From Octopus vulgaris (Eukaryota): a stretch of 64,000 bases of DNA. Where the stretch lies: NCBI GenBank assembly GCA_951406725.2, contig OX597839.1, forward strand, positions 24,924,001 through 24,988,000, written 5' to 3'. The translations under genes and the position numbers were made by a program. Below, in pieces: positions 27,136 through 41,177 of this stretch; within the stretch, counting starts at the first letter, position 1; every line of letters starts with the position of its first letter. The notes beneath the pieces are model-generated. The model saw nothing but the letters and a program-made list of their open reading frames with translations, had not been told where the DNA came from and ran no database searches.

Positions 27136-28694
27136 GTACATAGATACCTATATGCACAGACATATATATATATATATATGTGTGTAGGAAGACCTGTAAT
27201 CTTTCCGTTTTTCGCTGTCTTCCACTTGCATTTGCTAAATATATATATATATACATATTTTTCCATTCCGTTGCTGATAGCAGCTCCCCTTTCGTGAATA
27301 TAATGGCTGGTAAACTAAACACACCAATTGGGGGGAAAACCGCTATTCTCAGTGATTAAACACACACAGCAAAACGACAAAAAATATAAAAAAACCAAAG
27401 AATTAAACAAAAGCAGAACTGCAACTTAGCATCTCATGGCTTTGATTCATTGAAATGCTTTTGCGAAAATATCTATGAATGCGGAGGAAAATAATTTTCC
27501 TGTCAAGCGAGATTACGGAGGCATGAAATAACAGAAATGTCATCAAGATTACATGGCATTTTCGGAGTGGGGCTTTTTTTTTTTTTTTTTTTTTTTTTAC
27601 TTTGTAATTTATTTATTTTTTGGTGGTGGTGGGGGTGGTGGTGGAGTTGGGGGTGTTGTTTGTTTGTTTTTTTGTTTTTTTTTGTATGTGTTTGTGTTTG
27701 TGTTTTTTCAATGTGGTTGTTGATAAGGATGTCCCACAGGACATCAGAAAGACCAGAAAGAAAAGACGGGTGGTTGTGGTGGTGGTGGTGGTGTGTGGTG
27801 GTGGTGGTGGTAGTAGTGGTGGTTGTGGTGGTGGTTGTGGAGGTGGTGGTTGTGGTGGTGGTGGTTGTGGTGGTGGTGGTGGTGGTGGTGGTGGTGGTGG
27901 TGGTGGTGGTGGTGGTGGTGGTAGTGGTGGTGGTAGTAGTGGTTGTGGTGGTGGTGGTGGTTGTGGTGGTGGTGGTGGTTGTGGTGGTGGTGGTGGTGTG
28001 GTGGTGGTTGTGGTGGTGGTGATGGTGGTGGTGGCAGTGGTATTGGTGGCAGTTGTGGTGATGGTGGTGGAGGTAGTGAAGGTGGTGGTGATAGCAGTGG
28101 TTGCGGAGATGGCTGTGGTAGTGGCGGTGGCAACATCAGCAATGGTAATAGCAGTAGTGATGGTGGTGGTTGCGTGGTAGTGATGGTGGTTGGGTGGTGG
28201 TGGTGATGGTAGCAGTGGTGTTGGTGGTAACGGTGGTGGGTAGTGGTGATGGTGATTGTATTGACAGTATAGATGATGATAACAATGATGATGATATCCA
28301 TGAAGATTACAACGATGACAGTGATAGCAATGGTAGTGGTGGTGGTGGTGGTGGTGGTCGAGAGCCATGTAATAATCAGTGAATGATGAAAAAATAAAAG
28401 ACTCGTTTGGTTTATCATGAATGATAAAAGCATTGAAATGCATCGGGTCAGCGACCATATTGAGAGCCTCCCATGGAATTACATTGTTGCATGCTTTATG
28501 AGGCCTTCACATGTAGAAATAGCTGTACATACACACATGTGTATGTATGTATGTATGTATGTATGCATGTATGTATGTATATAAATATATATATATGTAT
28601 GTTTGTATGTATGTATGTATACATATATATATGTATATATATAGATATATATACATATATATACACATATACATATATACATATATATATACAT

Positions 28695-28743
<49 letters not shown>

Positions 28744-29965
28744 CATATATGTATATAAATATATGTGTATATATATATATTTCTTTACTATCCACAAGGG
28801 GCTAAACACAGAGGGGACAAACAAGGACAGACAAACGGATTAAGTCGATTACATCGACCCCAGTGCGAAATTGGTACTTTATTTATCGACCCCGAAAGGA
28901 TGAAAGACAAAGTCTACCTCGGCGGAATTTGAACTCAGAACGTAACGTCAGACGAACTGCCGCTAAGCATTTCGCCCGGCGCGCTAACGTTTCTGCCAGC
29001 TCGCCACCTTATTATGTGTATATATATATATATATACACACATACATATATATATGTATATATTATATATCATCATCATCATCATCATCATCATCGTTTA
29101 ATGTCCGTTTTCTGCGCTAGCATGGGTTGGACGGTTCGACCGGGGTCTGGGAAGCCAGAAGGCTGCACCAGGCTCCAGTCTGATCTGGCAGTGTTTCTAC
29201 GGCTGGATGCCCTTCATAATGCCAACGACTCTGATAGAGTAGTGGGTGCTTTTTATGTGCCACCGGGACGGAAGCCAGTCAAGGCGGCGCTGGCATCTGC
29301 CACATTCGGATGGTGCTTTTTATGTGCATATATGTATGTATATACTATATATATGTATACTCTTTTACTTGTTTCAGTCATTTGACTGCGGCCATGCTGG
29401 AGCACCGCCTTTAGTCGAGCAAATCGACCCCGGGACTTATTCTTTGTAAGCCCAGTACTTATTCTATCGGTCTCTTTTGCCGAACCGCTAAGTGGCGGGG
29501 ACGTAAACACACCAGCATCGGTTGTCAAGCCATGCTGGGGGACAAACACAGACACACAAACACACACACACTTATATATATATATATATATACATATATA
29601 CGACGGGCTTCTTTCAGTTTCCGTCTACCAAATCCACTCACAAGGCATTGGTCGGCCCGGGGCTATAGCAGAAGACACTTGCCCAAGGTGCCACGCAGTG
29701 GGACTGAACCCGGAACCATGTGGTTGGTTAGCAAGCTACTTACCACACAGCCACGCCTGCGCCTATACATGAACATTCTGTTATTCTTTTACTTGTTTCA
29801 GTCATTTGACTGTGGCCATGCTGGAGGACTGCCTTCAGTCGAGCAAATCGACCCCAGGACTTATTTTTTGTAAGCCTAGTACTTATTCTGTGGGTCCCTT
29901 TTGCTGAACTGCTAAGTTACGGGGACATAAACACACCAGCATTGGTTGTCAAGCGATGTTGGGGG

Positions 29966-30028
<63 letters not shown>

Positions 30029-30128
30029 CGATGGGCTTCTTTCCGTTTCTGTCTACGAAATCCACTCACAAGGCTGGTGAGGGTGATGATGATGATGATG
30101 GTGATGGTGAGGGTGAGGGTGATGATGA

Positions 30129-30162
<34 letters not shown>

Positions 30163-30191
30163 GGTGGTGATGGCGATGGCGATGGTGAGGG

Positions 30192-30239
<48 letters not shown>

Positions 30240-30245
30240 CGATGG

Positions 30246-30303
<58 letters not shown>

Positions 30304-30335
30304 GGTGGTGGTGGTGGCGATGGCGATGGTGAGGG

Positions 30336-30366
<31 letters not shown>

Positions 30367-30548
30367 AATGATGATGATGACGATGATGTTGATGATGAGG
30401 GTGATGATGATGATGACGATGGGGATGATGATGATGATGATGATGACGATGATGTTGATGATGAGGGTGATGATGATGATGACTATGATGGCGATAAGGA
30501 GGATGACGATGACGATGACGACGACGATGTTGATGATGAGGATGATGA

Positions 30549-30609
<61 letters not shown>

Positions 30610-30703
30610 CGATGGGCTTCTTTCCGTTTCTGTCTACGAAATCCACTCACAAGGCTGGTGAGGGTGATGATGATGATGATGATGGTGAGGGTGAGGGTGA
30701 GGG

Positions 30704-30749
<46 letters not shown>

Positions 30750-32893
30750 GGTGATGGCGATGGCGATGGTGATGATGATGATGATGATGATGATGATGAC
30801 GGTGATGATGATGACGATGAAATGAGTGGGTAAGCATAACAAAGTGCCACTCAACTCATGTGGAAGGAGATACACTCATCAATATTTAAGACAGTTTCAC
30901 TGAACTCCCCATTACTTAAAGTTTTGCATGCAGTTAGGACCTGTGTATGTATGTGTTTGTGTGTTTGTGTGTGTGTATGTGTGTTTGTGTGTTTGTGTGT
31001 GTGTGTATTAATTCACATGTGGCCAATGCAGTCACATGTTCTGTGTGTGAGGATTGGCCTTGTTCAGAGGAGAAACTAATCCTCGGATTTGAGGGACAGT
31101 TATGTATGTATTGTGTGTGTGTGAGTGTGTGTGTATGTGTGTGTGTGTGTGTGTGTATGTGTGTGTATGTGATCATCATCCTCATCATCAACATCGTCGT
31201 CGTCGTCGTCATCGTCATCCTCCTTATCGCCATCATAGTCATCATCATCATCACCCTCATCATCAACATCATCGTCACCATCATCATCATCATCATCCCC
31301 ATCGTCATCATCATCACCATCATTATCATCATCACCACCATCATCATCATCATCATTTAACATCTGTTTTTCATGTTGGCATAGCAACAGGCAAGTCAGA
31401 GGACTGCCCCAGGCTCCAACCGTCTGTTTTTGGGAAGGTTTCTACAGATGGATGCCCTTCCTAATGCCAACCACTCTACAGAGCATACTCGGTGCTTTGA
31501 CACAGCATTGGTACTGGCATGAAAGCTTTTTACGGGGCACCAGCACCCACAAACCCACAAGATTAGGATCACTCATTTGAAGAGGGACAACAGTTTTGAT
31601 GACAGTTTTGGTGGTGGGGTTTGCAAGGACAGTGGTGGTGTTGATGGTTGCGGATGGTGGGATATTGGATGGTAATGATCGAGAGAGTGATTGTGAGTGT
31701 TTATTGTGAAGGTGGTGGTTGTTGTGATGATGATGGTAGTAGTGATGGTGGTGGTAGTGGTGGTGGAGGTGGTGGTGATGGTGGAACTCTGCTGGTGGAC
31801 ATAGTGGTCCTATGGATGTGAGTACGGTGATAATGGTGGGGTGAGGGTAGTGGCAGTGGTGGTGGAGGTGGTGGTGATGGTGGAGATAGTGGTCCAGTGG
31901 ATGTGAGCATGGTGATAATGGTGGGGTGAGGGTAGTGGTATGGTTGAGTTGTGGTTCCATGGTTCAACGCAGTGATGGTGGTGGTAGTGATTATCGGTGA
32001 TAATGGTGATGGTTACTGACCGTGGTGTTGTTGGTGGTGGTGGTGGTTAAGAGAGTGGTTGTGTTTATTATGAAGGTGATAGTGGTGGTGGAGGTGATGA
32101 CAGTTTTGATGGTGGGGTTTGCAAGGACAGTGGTGTTGGTGATGGTGAGGATGGTGGTGGCGGTGGTGGTGATGGTAGCGGATGGTGGGATGGTAATGGT
32201 CGAGAGAGTGATTGTGAGTGTTTATTGTGAAGGTGGTAGTTGTTGTCGTAGTGGTTGTGGTGATGGTGGTAGTGAGTATGCTGCTGATGATGATGGTAGT
32301 AGTGACAGTAGTGGCAGTGGTAGTGGAGGTGGTGGTGATGGTGGAGATAGTGGTCCTGTGGATGTGAGCATGGTGATGATGGTGGAGTGAGGGTAGTGGT
32401 ATGGTTGAGTTGTGGTTCCATGGTTCAACGCAGTGATGGTGGTGGTAGTGATTATCGGTGATAATGGTGATGGTTACTGACCGTGTTCTTGTTGGTGGTG
32501 GTGGTGGTGGTTGTGGTGGTGGTGGTTGTGGTGGTGGCGGCGGGAGGTGTTGATTGTCAGGAGTCTTTGTCTGAGCACAAGGGTGTGTGGGGTGTGGAGT
32601 TGGGGGTGGGGGGGAGGAGGGAGGTGAATTTCATTAAGAAACTTCAATCAAAAAACACTTCAAATAGAAAATTAATGAGTTTAATTTTGTCACTATATAT
32701 TTCTCTAAAGACTGAGGGGTGGGGAGGAGGAGAGAGGGAACGGGAGAGAGAGGGAGAGAGAGAGAGAGAGAAAGACAGATAGAGAGAAGGAGAAAGAGAG
32801 ATTACATTGAAAACGCAAAATAAACAACTGCTACTACTACTACTACTACTACTACTACTATTCATTGGTTTGATTTCCTTTTTCACATTATCA

Positions 32894-32957
<64 letters not shown>

Positions 32958-32983
32958 CATTATTATCATCATTATTATTATTA

Positions 32984-33047
<64 letters not shown>

Positions 33048-33058
33048 CATTATTATTA

Positions 33059-33101
<43 letters not shown>

Positions 33102-33121
33102 TATCATTATCATTATTATTA

Positions 33122-33155
<34 letters not shown>

Positions 33156-33410
33156 CATCAGCAAAAGCCTTCCTCATCCTCATCCTCTTCATCATCATCG
33201 TTGTTATTATTATTGTCATTATTATTGTTGTCATCATCACCACCACCACCACCACCACCATCATTGTTATTATTATAGGAAAGTTTTATTTCTTTATCTT
33301 TTGTTTTATCTTTACTGTTGCTGTCCCCCCCTCTTTTCAACTTTTTTGTTGTATTTCATCCTTTTATATTGTCCTGGATGTCTTAGACCCTTGGGGGCCC
33401 AATAAAATTC

Positions 33411-33457
<47 letters not shown>

Positions 33458-33495
33458 TATTATTATCATTATTGTTGTTGTTATTATTATTGTTA

Positions 33496-33541
<46 letters not shown>

Positions 33542-33771
33542 AGCAGTGAGATGAGAGAACTGTTAAGCATATTTTGTCCATCTTCATGTTCTCAGCTCAA
33601 ATTCCACTTTGCTGTCATTCTTTCAGGATCAATGAAATGATACCAGCTGACTGCTGACGAGGGGGGGGGGTCAGGGGTCAGTGTAATTAACTATCCCCCA
33701 CTTCCCACAAAATTTCACTTCCCTACCCAACAACATTGTTCTAAAAGAAAAAAATAAACAATCTCATCACT

Positions 33772-34190
33772 AGGCGTAGGAGTGGCTGTGTGGTAAGTAG
33801 CTTGCTTACAAACCACATGGTCCGGGGTTCAGTCCCACTGCGTGGCACCTTGGGCAAGTGTCTTCTACTATAGCCTCGGGCTGACCAAAGCTTGTGAGTG
33901 GATTTGGTAGACGGAAACTGAAAGAAGCCCGTCGTATATATGTATATATATATGTATATGTATGTGTGTGTATATGTTTTTGTGTCTGTTTGTCCCCCAC
34001 CCCAACATCGCTTGACAACTGATGCCAATGTGTTTACGTCCCTGTAACTTAGCAGTGCGGCAAAAGAGACCGATAAAATAAGTACTAGGCTTACAAAGAA
34101 TAAGTCCTGGGGTCGATTTGCTCAACTAAAGGTGGTGCTCCAGCATGGCCACAGGCACATGACTGAAACAAGTAAAAGAGTAAAAGAGTA
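33772..34190 (+). mobile_element. SINE family A copy
   Basis: Full length. Further copies at 39822-40200, 46231-46650, 47855-48260(-), 51320-51730(-), 52751-53180 and 58348-58790. Confidence 0.9.
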
Positions 34191-34759
34191 TCACTGAAAT
34201 CTCAAAGCTATGAGACAACCCATGATTAATTCAGAGCAATGTGAATAAATAAGGATTAGATTTGACAGAATAATCTGAATGCTAAATGATTAATGTTAAT
34301 AATATACACATCAGTAAATATATGCAGATATTAAATATTCTACCAGCTTTATGATGGCTAGATTTGGCCTCTCACACATATCCTACAATGTCATTTTAGA
34401 ATTAAACAATCCCAGACGGAAACTGAAAGAAGCCCATCATATATATATGTATATATATATATATGCGTGTGTGTATTTGTGTGTCTGTGTTTGTCCCCCT
34501 AGCATTGCTTGACAACTGATGCTGGTGTGTTTATGTCCCCGTTACTTAGCGGTTTGGCAAAAGAGACTGATAGAATAAGTACTGGGCTTACAAAAGAATA
34601 AGTCCCAAGGTCGAGTTGCTCGATTAAAGGCGGTGATCCAGCATGGCCGCAGTCAAATGACTGAAACAAGTAAAAGAGTAAAAGAGAGAGTAAAGAGAGC
34701 ATTGAAATCCAAAAGATATGAGATAATCCATGATTAATCCAAACCAATGTGGATAAAAG

Positions 34760-35065
34760 TGGAGGCGCAATGGCCCAGTGGTTAGGGCAGTGGACCTGTG
34801 GTTGGAGGATCGCTGTTTCAATTCCCAGACTGGACCTTGTGAGTGTTTATTGAGCGAAAACACCTAAAAGCTCCACGATGCTCTGGCAAGGGGTGGTAGC
34901 GACCCCTGTTTGTACTCTTTTGCCCCAACTTCCTCTCACTCTTTCTTCCTGTTTCTTGAGTAACGCTGCAATAGACTGGTGTCCCGTCCAGCTGGGGGTG
35001 AACACATACGCCATAGAAACCAGGAAACTGGGCCCATGAGCCTGGCTAGGCTTGAAAAAGGCGAA
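34760..35065 (+). mobile_element. SINE family B, tail type 3
   Basis: Same head as other B copies. Its tail CTGGTGTCCCGTCCAG...ATACGCCATAGAAACC is shared with the older SINE at 43178-43420. Confidence 0.8.
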
Positions 35066-35359
35066 AAAAGAAAAAAGAATGTGGATAAAAAAGCATTAGA
35101 TTTGACAGAGTAATCTGAATGCTAAAGGTTTGAACCAGTCATATCCAGCCCAAATATTCTATCCAGTTTATGTTGAAACCAGCCAGATCCAGCCTCTCAC
35201 ACCTACCCAATATTGTTATTCTAAAAAATATACAATACCATCATTGAAATCTCAAAGTTACGAGATAATGTGGGATTAACTGAAAACAATTACAATGTGA
35301 ATAGATAAGGATTACATTCGACAGAATAAATCTGAATGCTAAAGGATTAATGTTAATGG

Positions 35360-36032
35360 TATATAGCTGGTAGAAACGTTAGCATGATGGGCGAAATGCT
35401 TAGCAGTATTTCGTCTACCACTATGTTCTGAGTTCAAATTCCACCGAGGTCGACTTTGCCTTTCATCCTTTCGGGGTCGGTTAAATAAGTACCAGTTATG
35501 CACTGGGGTCGATATAATCGACTTAATCTGTTTGTCTGTCCTCTCTGTGTTTAGCCCCTTGTGGGTCGTAAAGAAATAGGTATATAGCTGGCAGAAACGT
35601 TAGCATGATGGGCGAAATGCTTAGCAGTATTTCGTCTACCACTATGTTCTGAGTTCAAATTCCACCGAGGTCGACTTTGCCTTTCATCCTTTCGGGGTCG
35701 GTTAAATAAGTACCAGTTATGCACTGGGGTCGATATAATCGACTTAATCTGTTTGTCTGTCCTCTCTGTGTTTAGCCCCTTGTGGGTCGTAAAGAAATAG
35801 GTATATAGCTGGCAGAAACGTTAGCGTGCCGGGCGAAGTGCTTAGCGGTATTTCGTCTGGTGCAACGTTGTGAGTTCAAATTCCGCTGAGGTCGACTTTG
35901 CCTTTCATCCTTTCGGGGTCGATAAATTAAGTACAAGTTACGCACTGGGGTCGATGTAATCGACTTAATACCTATGTCTGTCCTTGTTTGTCCCCTCTAT
36001 GTTTAGCCCCTTGTGGGTAATAAAGAAATAGG
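35360..36032 (+). mobile_element. Head-to-tail trimer of SINE family C
   Basis: Units start at about 35360, 35581 and 35802; the first two are nearly identical. Confidence 0.85.
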
Positions 36033-37396
36033 TATATACCTTCCTAATATATACATATATCAAATATTTTGACTTGTTTTATGTACAGAGTGGCCATGGC
36101 TGACCTCTCACACTTACTCTACAATGTCAGTCTAAAATAATCACATCATCAAAACTGGAAAGCTACGAGATAATCCATGATTAACTCAAAACAATGGGAA
36201 TAAATACAAATTAATTATTCACATTGGTGGTAGTGGTTGTGGTGGTGTTGGTGGTGGTAGTGTTGTTGGTGTTGGTGTTGGTGGTAGTGGTGGTAGTGGT
36301 GATGGTGGTGGTGGTAGTATTGGTTGTGGCAGTGTGGTTAGCAGGGACATTAGTAGTGGTGATAGCACATGTAGTGCTGATGTTATTGACGGTGGTAGTC
36401 ATGGCAACAGATATACAAATACATCATCATCATCATCATCATCGTTTAGCGTCCGCTTTCCATGCTAGCATGGGTTGGACGGTTCAACTGGGGTCTGTGA
36501 AGCCAGAAGGCTTCATCAGGCCCAGTCAAATCTGGCAGTGTTTCTACGGCTGGATGCCCTTCCTAACGCCAACCACTCCGTGAGTGTAGTGGGTGCTTTT
36601 TATGTGCCACCCGCACAGGTGCCAGACGGAGCTGGCAAACGGCCACGAACGGATGGTGCTTTTACGTGCAACACCCATACACATGTCTATATTCACATCC
36701 TTTACCTTAAAATTCTTTCTGCCTTGAATTCCCTGCAGTTGGCTGCTCAATAAGACAATGAGATAAGAAACATATTCTTTAACTCTCCCTAAACACAAGT
36801 ACTTTCAAGGTGGACTTAGACAGTCACAAACGAAAACAAGAAACAAAGGATACTTTTGGAGCTGTTCATGCTGAGTGCGACAAAAACAGCAAGAAGAATA
36901 GCAACAGAAAACAGTAAAGCATGAAATTCTTCGATGCCATTGTCTTTGATTTCTATGGAATCGGTTCAATAAACAAGTTTCACCTCCCACCACATTTAGG
37001 TTTTCAGTCCCACCTCATCCACTACACTGCTATCACTCACAGACTTTCTAGCAGATACACTCACACACACATATGCAAACATACTCACACATACACACAC
37101 TGAAAAACAAACACACGCACACACACACTCAAAAACAAACACACACACACACTCAAAAACAAACACACACACACACAATCACACCCAGACACATACACAC
37201 ACTCAAAAACAAACACACACACACACACACAATCACACCCAGACGCATACATACAACTACATCACACCCAGACATACATAGATACACACACTAACACACA
37301 CACCCTCCATGTACAACACCCACGCACCCACATGCAAATACTGGCTCACACTCTCAGACACACACACCTAAGCACACACAAGGGCATTTATGAAAA

Positions 37397-37440
<44 letters not shown>

Positions 37441-37548
37441 CACAAACACACACAAACACACACACACAGACACACACACAAACACATGCACAAACACACA
37501 CACACACACCAACACACACAAACACACACACACACACCAACACACACA

Positions 37549-37587
<39 letters not shown>

Positions 37588-38203
37588 ACACCCACATAAT
37601 GGTTGTTAGCAGAGACGTAACACTTTCTTTTCATTTCTTGGAATCTTTCACTCACATTTATTGACAAATTTATTCATAGTTTTTCTTCTTCTTCTTCTTC
37701 TTCTTCTTCTTCTTCTTCGTCTTCTTCTTCTTCTTCTTCTTTTCCTTCTTTTTCGTTTCCTTCTTCTTTTTCTTCTTCTCTTCTTCTTTTTCTTCTTCTC
37801 TTCTTCTTTTTCTTTTTCTCTTCTTCTTTTTCTTCTTCTTCTTCTTCTTCTTCTGCTTCTTCCTCTTCTTTTTCTTCTTCTTCTTCTTCTTCTTCTCTTC
37901 TTCTTCGTCTTCTTCTTCTTCTTCTTCTTCTTCTTCTTCTTCTTCTTCTCCTCCTCCTCCTCCCCCCCCTCTTCTTCTTCCTCCTCCCTTTCTTTCTTCT
38001 TCCCCTTCCCTGTCCTCCTCCCTTTCCTCCTCCCATTCCTCCTTCCCAACAACCACCTACTTATTCCTTCCCTCAGGGGTGTTGTGTATATAGATGTGGG
38101 TGTGGTGTATTTGTATATGTGTGTGTGTGTGTGCATGCGTGTCTATATACAAATATTCATGTGTATGTGTTTATATGTCTCAATACATATATGTATGTAT
38201 ATA

Positions 38204-38253
<50 letters not shown>

Positions 38254-38287
38254 CAATATTAGTAAAATAGGAGATGGAATATGTAAT

Positions 38288-38356
38288 AGACTTTATTGAG
38301 TACAACACATGTTTCGACCCGTTCTGGGTCTCTTCAGGTACATCAATAGAAAGTCT
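38288..38356 (-). ncRNA. Type I hammerhead ribozyme motif
   Basis: Minus strand: AGACTTTCTATTGATGTAC-CTGAAGA-GACCC agaac GGGTC-GAA-ACATGTGT-T-GTACTCAATAAAGTCT, with a long stem I. Confidence 0.8.
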
Positions 38357-39282
38357 CACTAGAGATTTCTTGAGTTGATTTACGTCCCGCTATATGTCCA
38401 TCAAATTTTTAGAATGAGTAAAACCAGAGAAAAATTCCTGAAAAGCAAAAAATTCAAATATGAACGTGGGAAGTATAGATTCTAGTTTAGAGAAAATGAT
38501 GTAATAAGCTTTTGCTGTTGTAACTGTTAACTGAAAGAAAACGAAGTAGAAACTGAAAGGAAGATGATACTTAGACGAAAATATATTTTTTGTTTGTGCT
38601 TATATATATGTATAAGAACTCCCATATGCAAGTACACTTGTATATATATACATAAATATACGTACATAGCTTTAGGAGCACTCCGTCGGTTGCGACGATG
38701 AGGGTCCCAGCTGATACGATCAACGGAACAGCTTGCTCATGATATTAACATGCAAGTGGCTGAGCACTCCACAGACACGTGCACCCTTAACGTAGTTCTC
38801 GGGGATATTCAGCGTGACACAGAGAGTGACAAGGCCGGCCCTTTGAAATACAGGTACAACAGAAACAGGAAGTAAGAGTGAGAGAAGGTTGTGGTGAAAT
38901 AGTACAGCAGGGATGACCACCATCCCCTGCTGGAGCCTCGTGGAGCTTTTAGGTGTTTTCGCTCAATAAACACTCACAACGCCCAGTCTGGAAATCGAAA
39001 CCGCGATCCTACGACCGCGAGTCCGCTGCCCTAACCATTGGGCCATTGCGCCTCCACTTATATATATGTATAAGAACTCCCATATGCAGGTACACTTGTG
39101 TATATATACATAAATATACGTACATAGCTTTAGATGCCCATGCAAAGCTTGATACACACACACACATGTTAATACACTTACATATACACATAAGTAAATA
39201 TATATACATATACATACATACACACACACACACATATGTATGCATATATACACATACATATACATATATATATATATACAAG

Positions 39283-39381
39283 TTCCTTGTCTTTCCTGAT
39301 GAGAAGACGACATAATGCACCCTTTATTCCTTCGGAATTAAGAATATGCAGTCTTCGAAACATATGTCGAGAATAAAGGAA
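39283..39381 (+). ncRNA. Type I hammerhead ribozyme motif with extended stem II
   Basis: CTGATGA at 39296-39302, GAAGAC/GTCTTC, GAAA at 39357-39360, palindromic ACATATGT, GUC (predicted cut after 39368). Stem I TTCCTTGTCTTTC/GAGAATAAAGGAA is imperfect. Confidence 0.8.
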
Positions 39382-39524
39382 TTTTGTTAAATCGTCATTC
39401 GACTCCATTCTTTCATTTATCTATAGTAAAAATATATATATATATATACACATAAGTCAGGATGCCATGATAGATCGTTAGCTACTACACGTATTTTTTT
39501 TCTCTCCTTGTTTTTTTCTGTGTA

Positions 39525-39562
39525 TCTTTCTGTCGAAGAGCGTAGGCTCGAAACGTAAAAGA
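39525..39562 (+). ncRNA. Degenerate minimal hammerhead (core CTGTCGA)
   Basis: TCTTT-CTGTCGA-A-GAGC gtag GCTC-GAA-ACGT-A-AAAGA; A6 is replaced by U. Confidence 0.55.
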
Positions 39563-41146
39563 CTTGTTCTATTCCCGAGCGCTATACTAATACATTTGTT
39601 TATTTGTACTCCACCTGCCTTCGTCTTTTGTTTATTTTCGTAAACTTTCCCTTTATACACATATATACATATACATATATGGATCTAGATTGCAAGATCA
39701 TATGTCAAATACATATATATACACACACATAGATATAATTATTTCCACACACGAACATTCCCCACATATACATATGTGTATGTGTGTGTGTGTGTGTGTT
39801 TGTGTGTATGTGTGTGTGTGTAGGCACAGGTGTGACTGTGTGGTAAAAACGTTGCTTCCCAACCATATGGCTTTGCATGGCACCTTGGGCAAGTGTCTTC
39901 TAATATAGCCTCAGGCCAACCAAAGCCTTGTGAGTGGATTTGGAAGGTGGAAACTGAAAGAAGCCCAGCATATATATATATGCAAGCATGTGTATGTGTG
40001 TGTTTGCATTTGTTCCCCTAACCATCATTTGACAACCGATGTTGGTGTGTTTATGCCCTGGTAACTTAGCGGTTCAGCAAAAGAGACCAACAGAATAAGT
40101 ACTAGGCTTACAAAGAATAAGTCCTGGGATCAATTTCTCTGACTAAAAAGAAAAAAATCCTTTACGGTGATGCTCCAGCATGGCCACCATCAAATGACAC
40201 ATAAGTGACACTTTATTTTACGGACCCTGAAAGAATAAAATGTAAGTTGTCCTCTGCAGGATTTGAACTCAGACTGTAAAAGGACATGACCAAGTAGTCT
40301 GAGTTTCTGGACAGACTCTGCTATTGTCCCCTTCTCCATTCTATTCTACCATCAAGGGACCAATTCCGTCGTCTAATCTTATATTCTACAAACCACCCTC
40401 ATTTCTTCAGTACACCCACCCCACTTAATTGTGAGGTCCCAGCTCCCTTTTGCCCACTCCCCCACTCTCTCCCATCCTTCCTACTGCTTTCTCTTCCTCT
40501 CTCTCCCCCGCTCTCTCTTTCTCTCTCTTCCCCTTCTCCCCCTCTCTCACCACTATATAATAGAAGAAAACTACCACCGCCACCACCACCACCACTACCA
40601 CCACCACCACCGCCACCAACAACAACAACAACAACAGCAACAACAACCACAACTCCTTGCTTGAACCAAAACCACGACTACTATCATTGCTGCTACAACC
40701 ATCACCATCACCATGATGATGATGATGATATCATCATCATCATCATCACCGTCATCATCTTCACCGTCATCATCATCATCATCACCGTCATCATCATCAT
40801 CACCTTCATCGTCATCATCACCGTCATCATCATCACCGTCATCATCATCATCACCGTCATCATCATCATCACCGTCATCATCATCATCACCGTCATCATG
40901 ATCTTCACCGTCATCATGATCTTCACCGTCATCATCATCATCACCGTCATCATCATCTTCACCGTCATCATCATCTTCACCGTCATCATCATCATCACTG
41001 TCATCATCATCATCACCGTCATCATCATCTTCACCGTCATCATCATCTTCTCCGTCATCATCATCACCGTCATCATCATCATCATCACCGTCATCATCAT
41101 CATCACCGTCATCATCAACATCACCGTCATCATCATCATTACTGTC

Positions 41147-41177
<31 letters not shown>

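Noticed and set aside
36495-36520. CTGATGA followed by an AGCC/GGCT hairpin (minus strand)
   Set aside because: No GAAA follows, and other family D copies lack the core.
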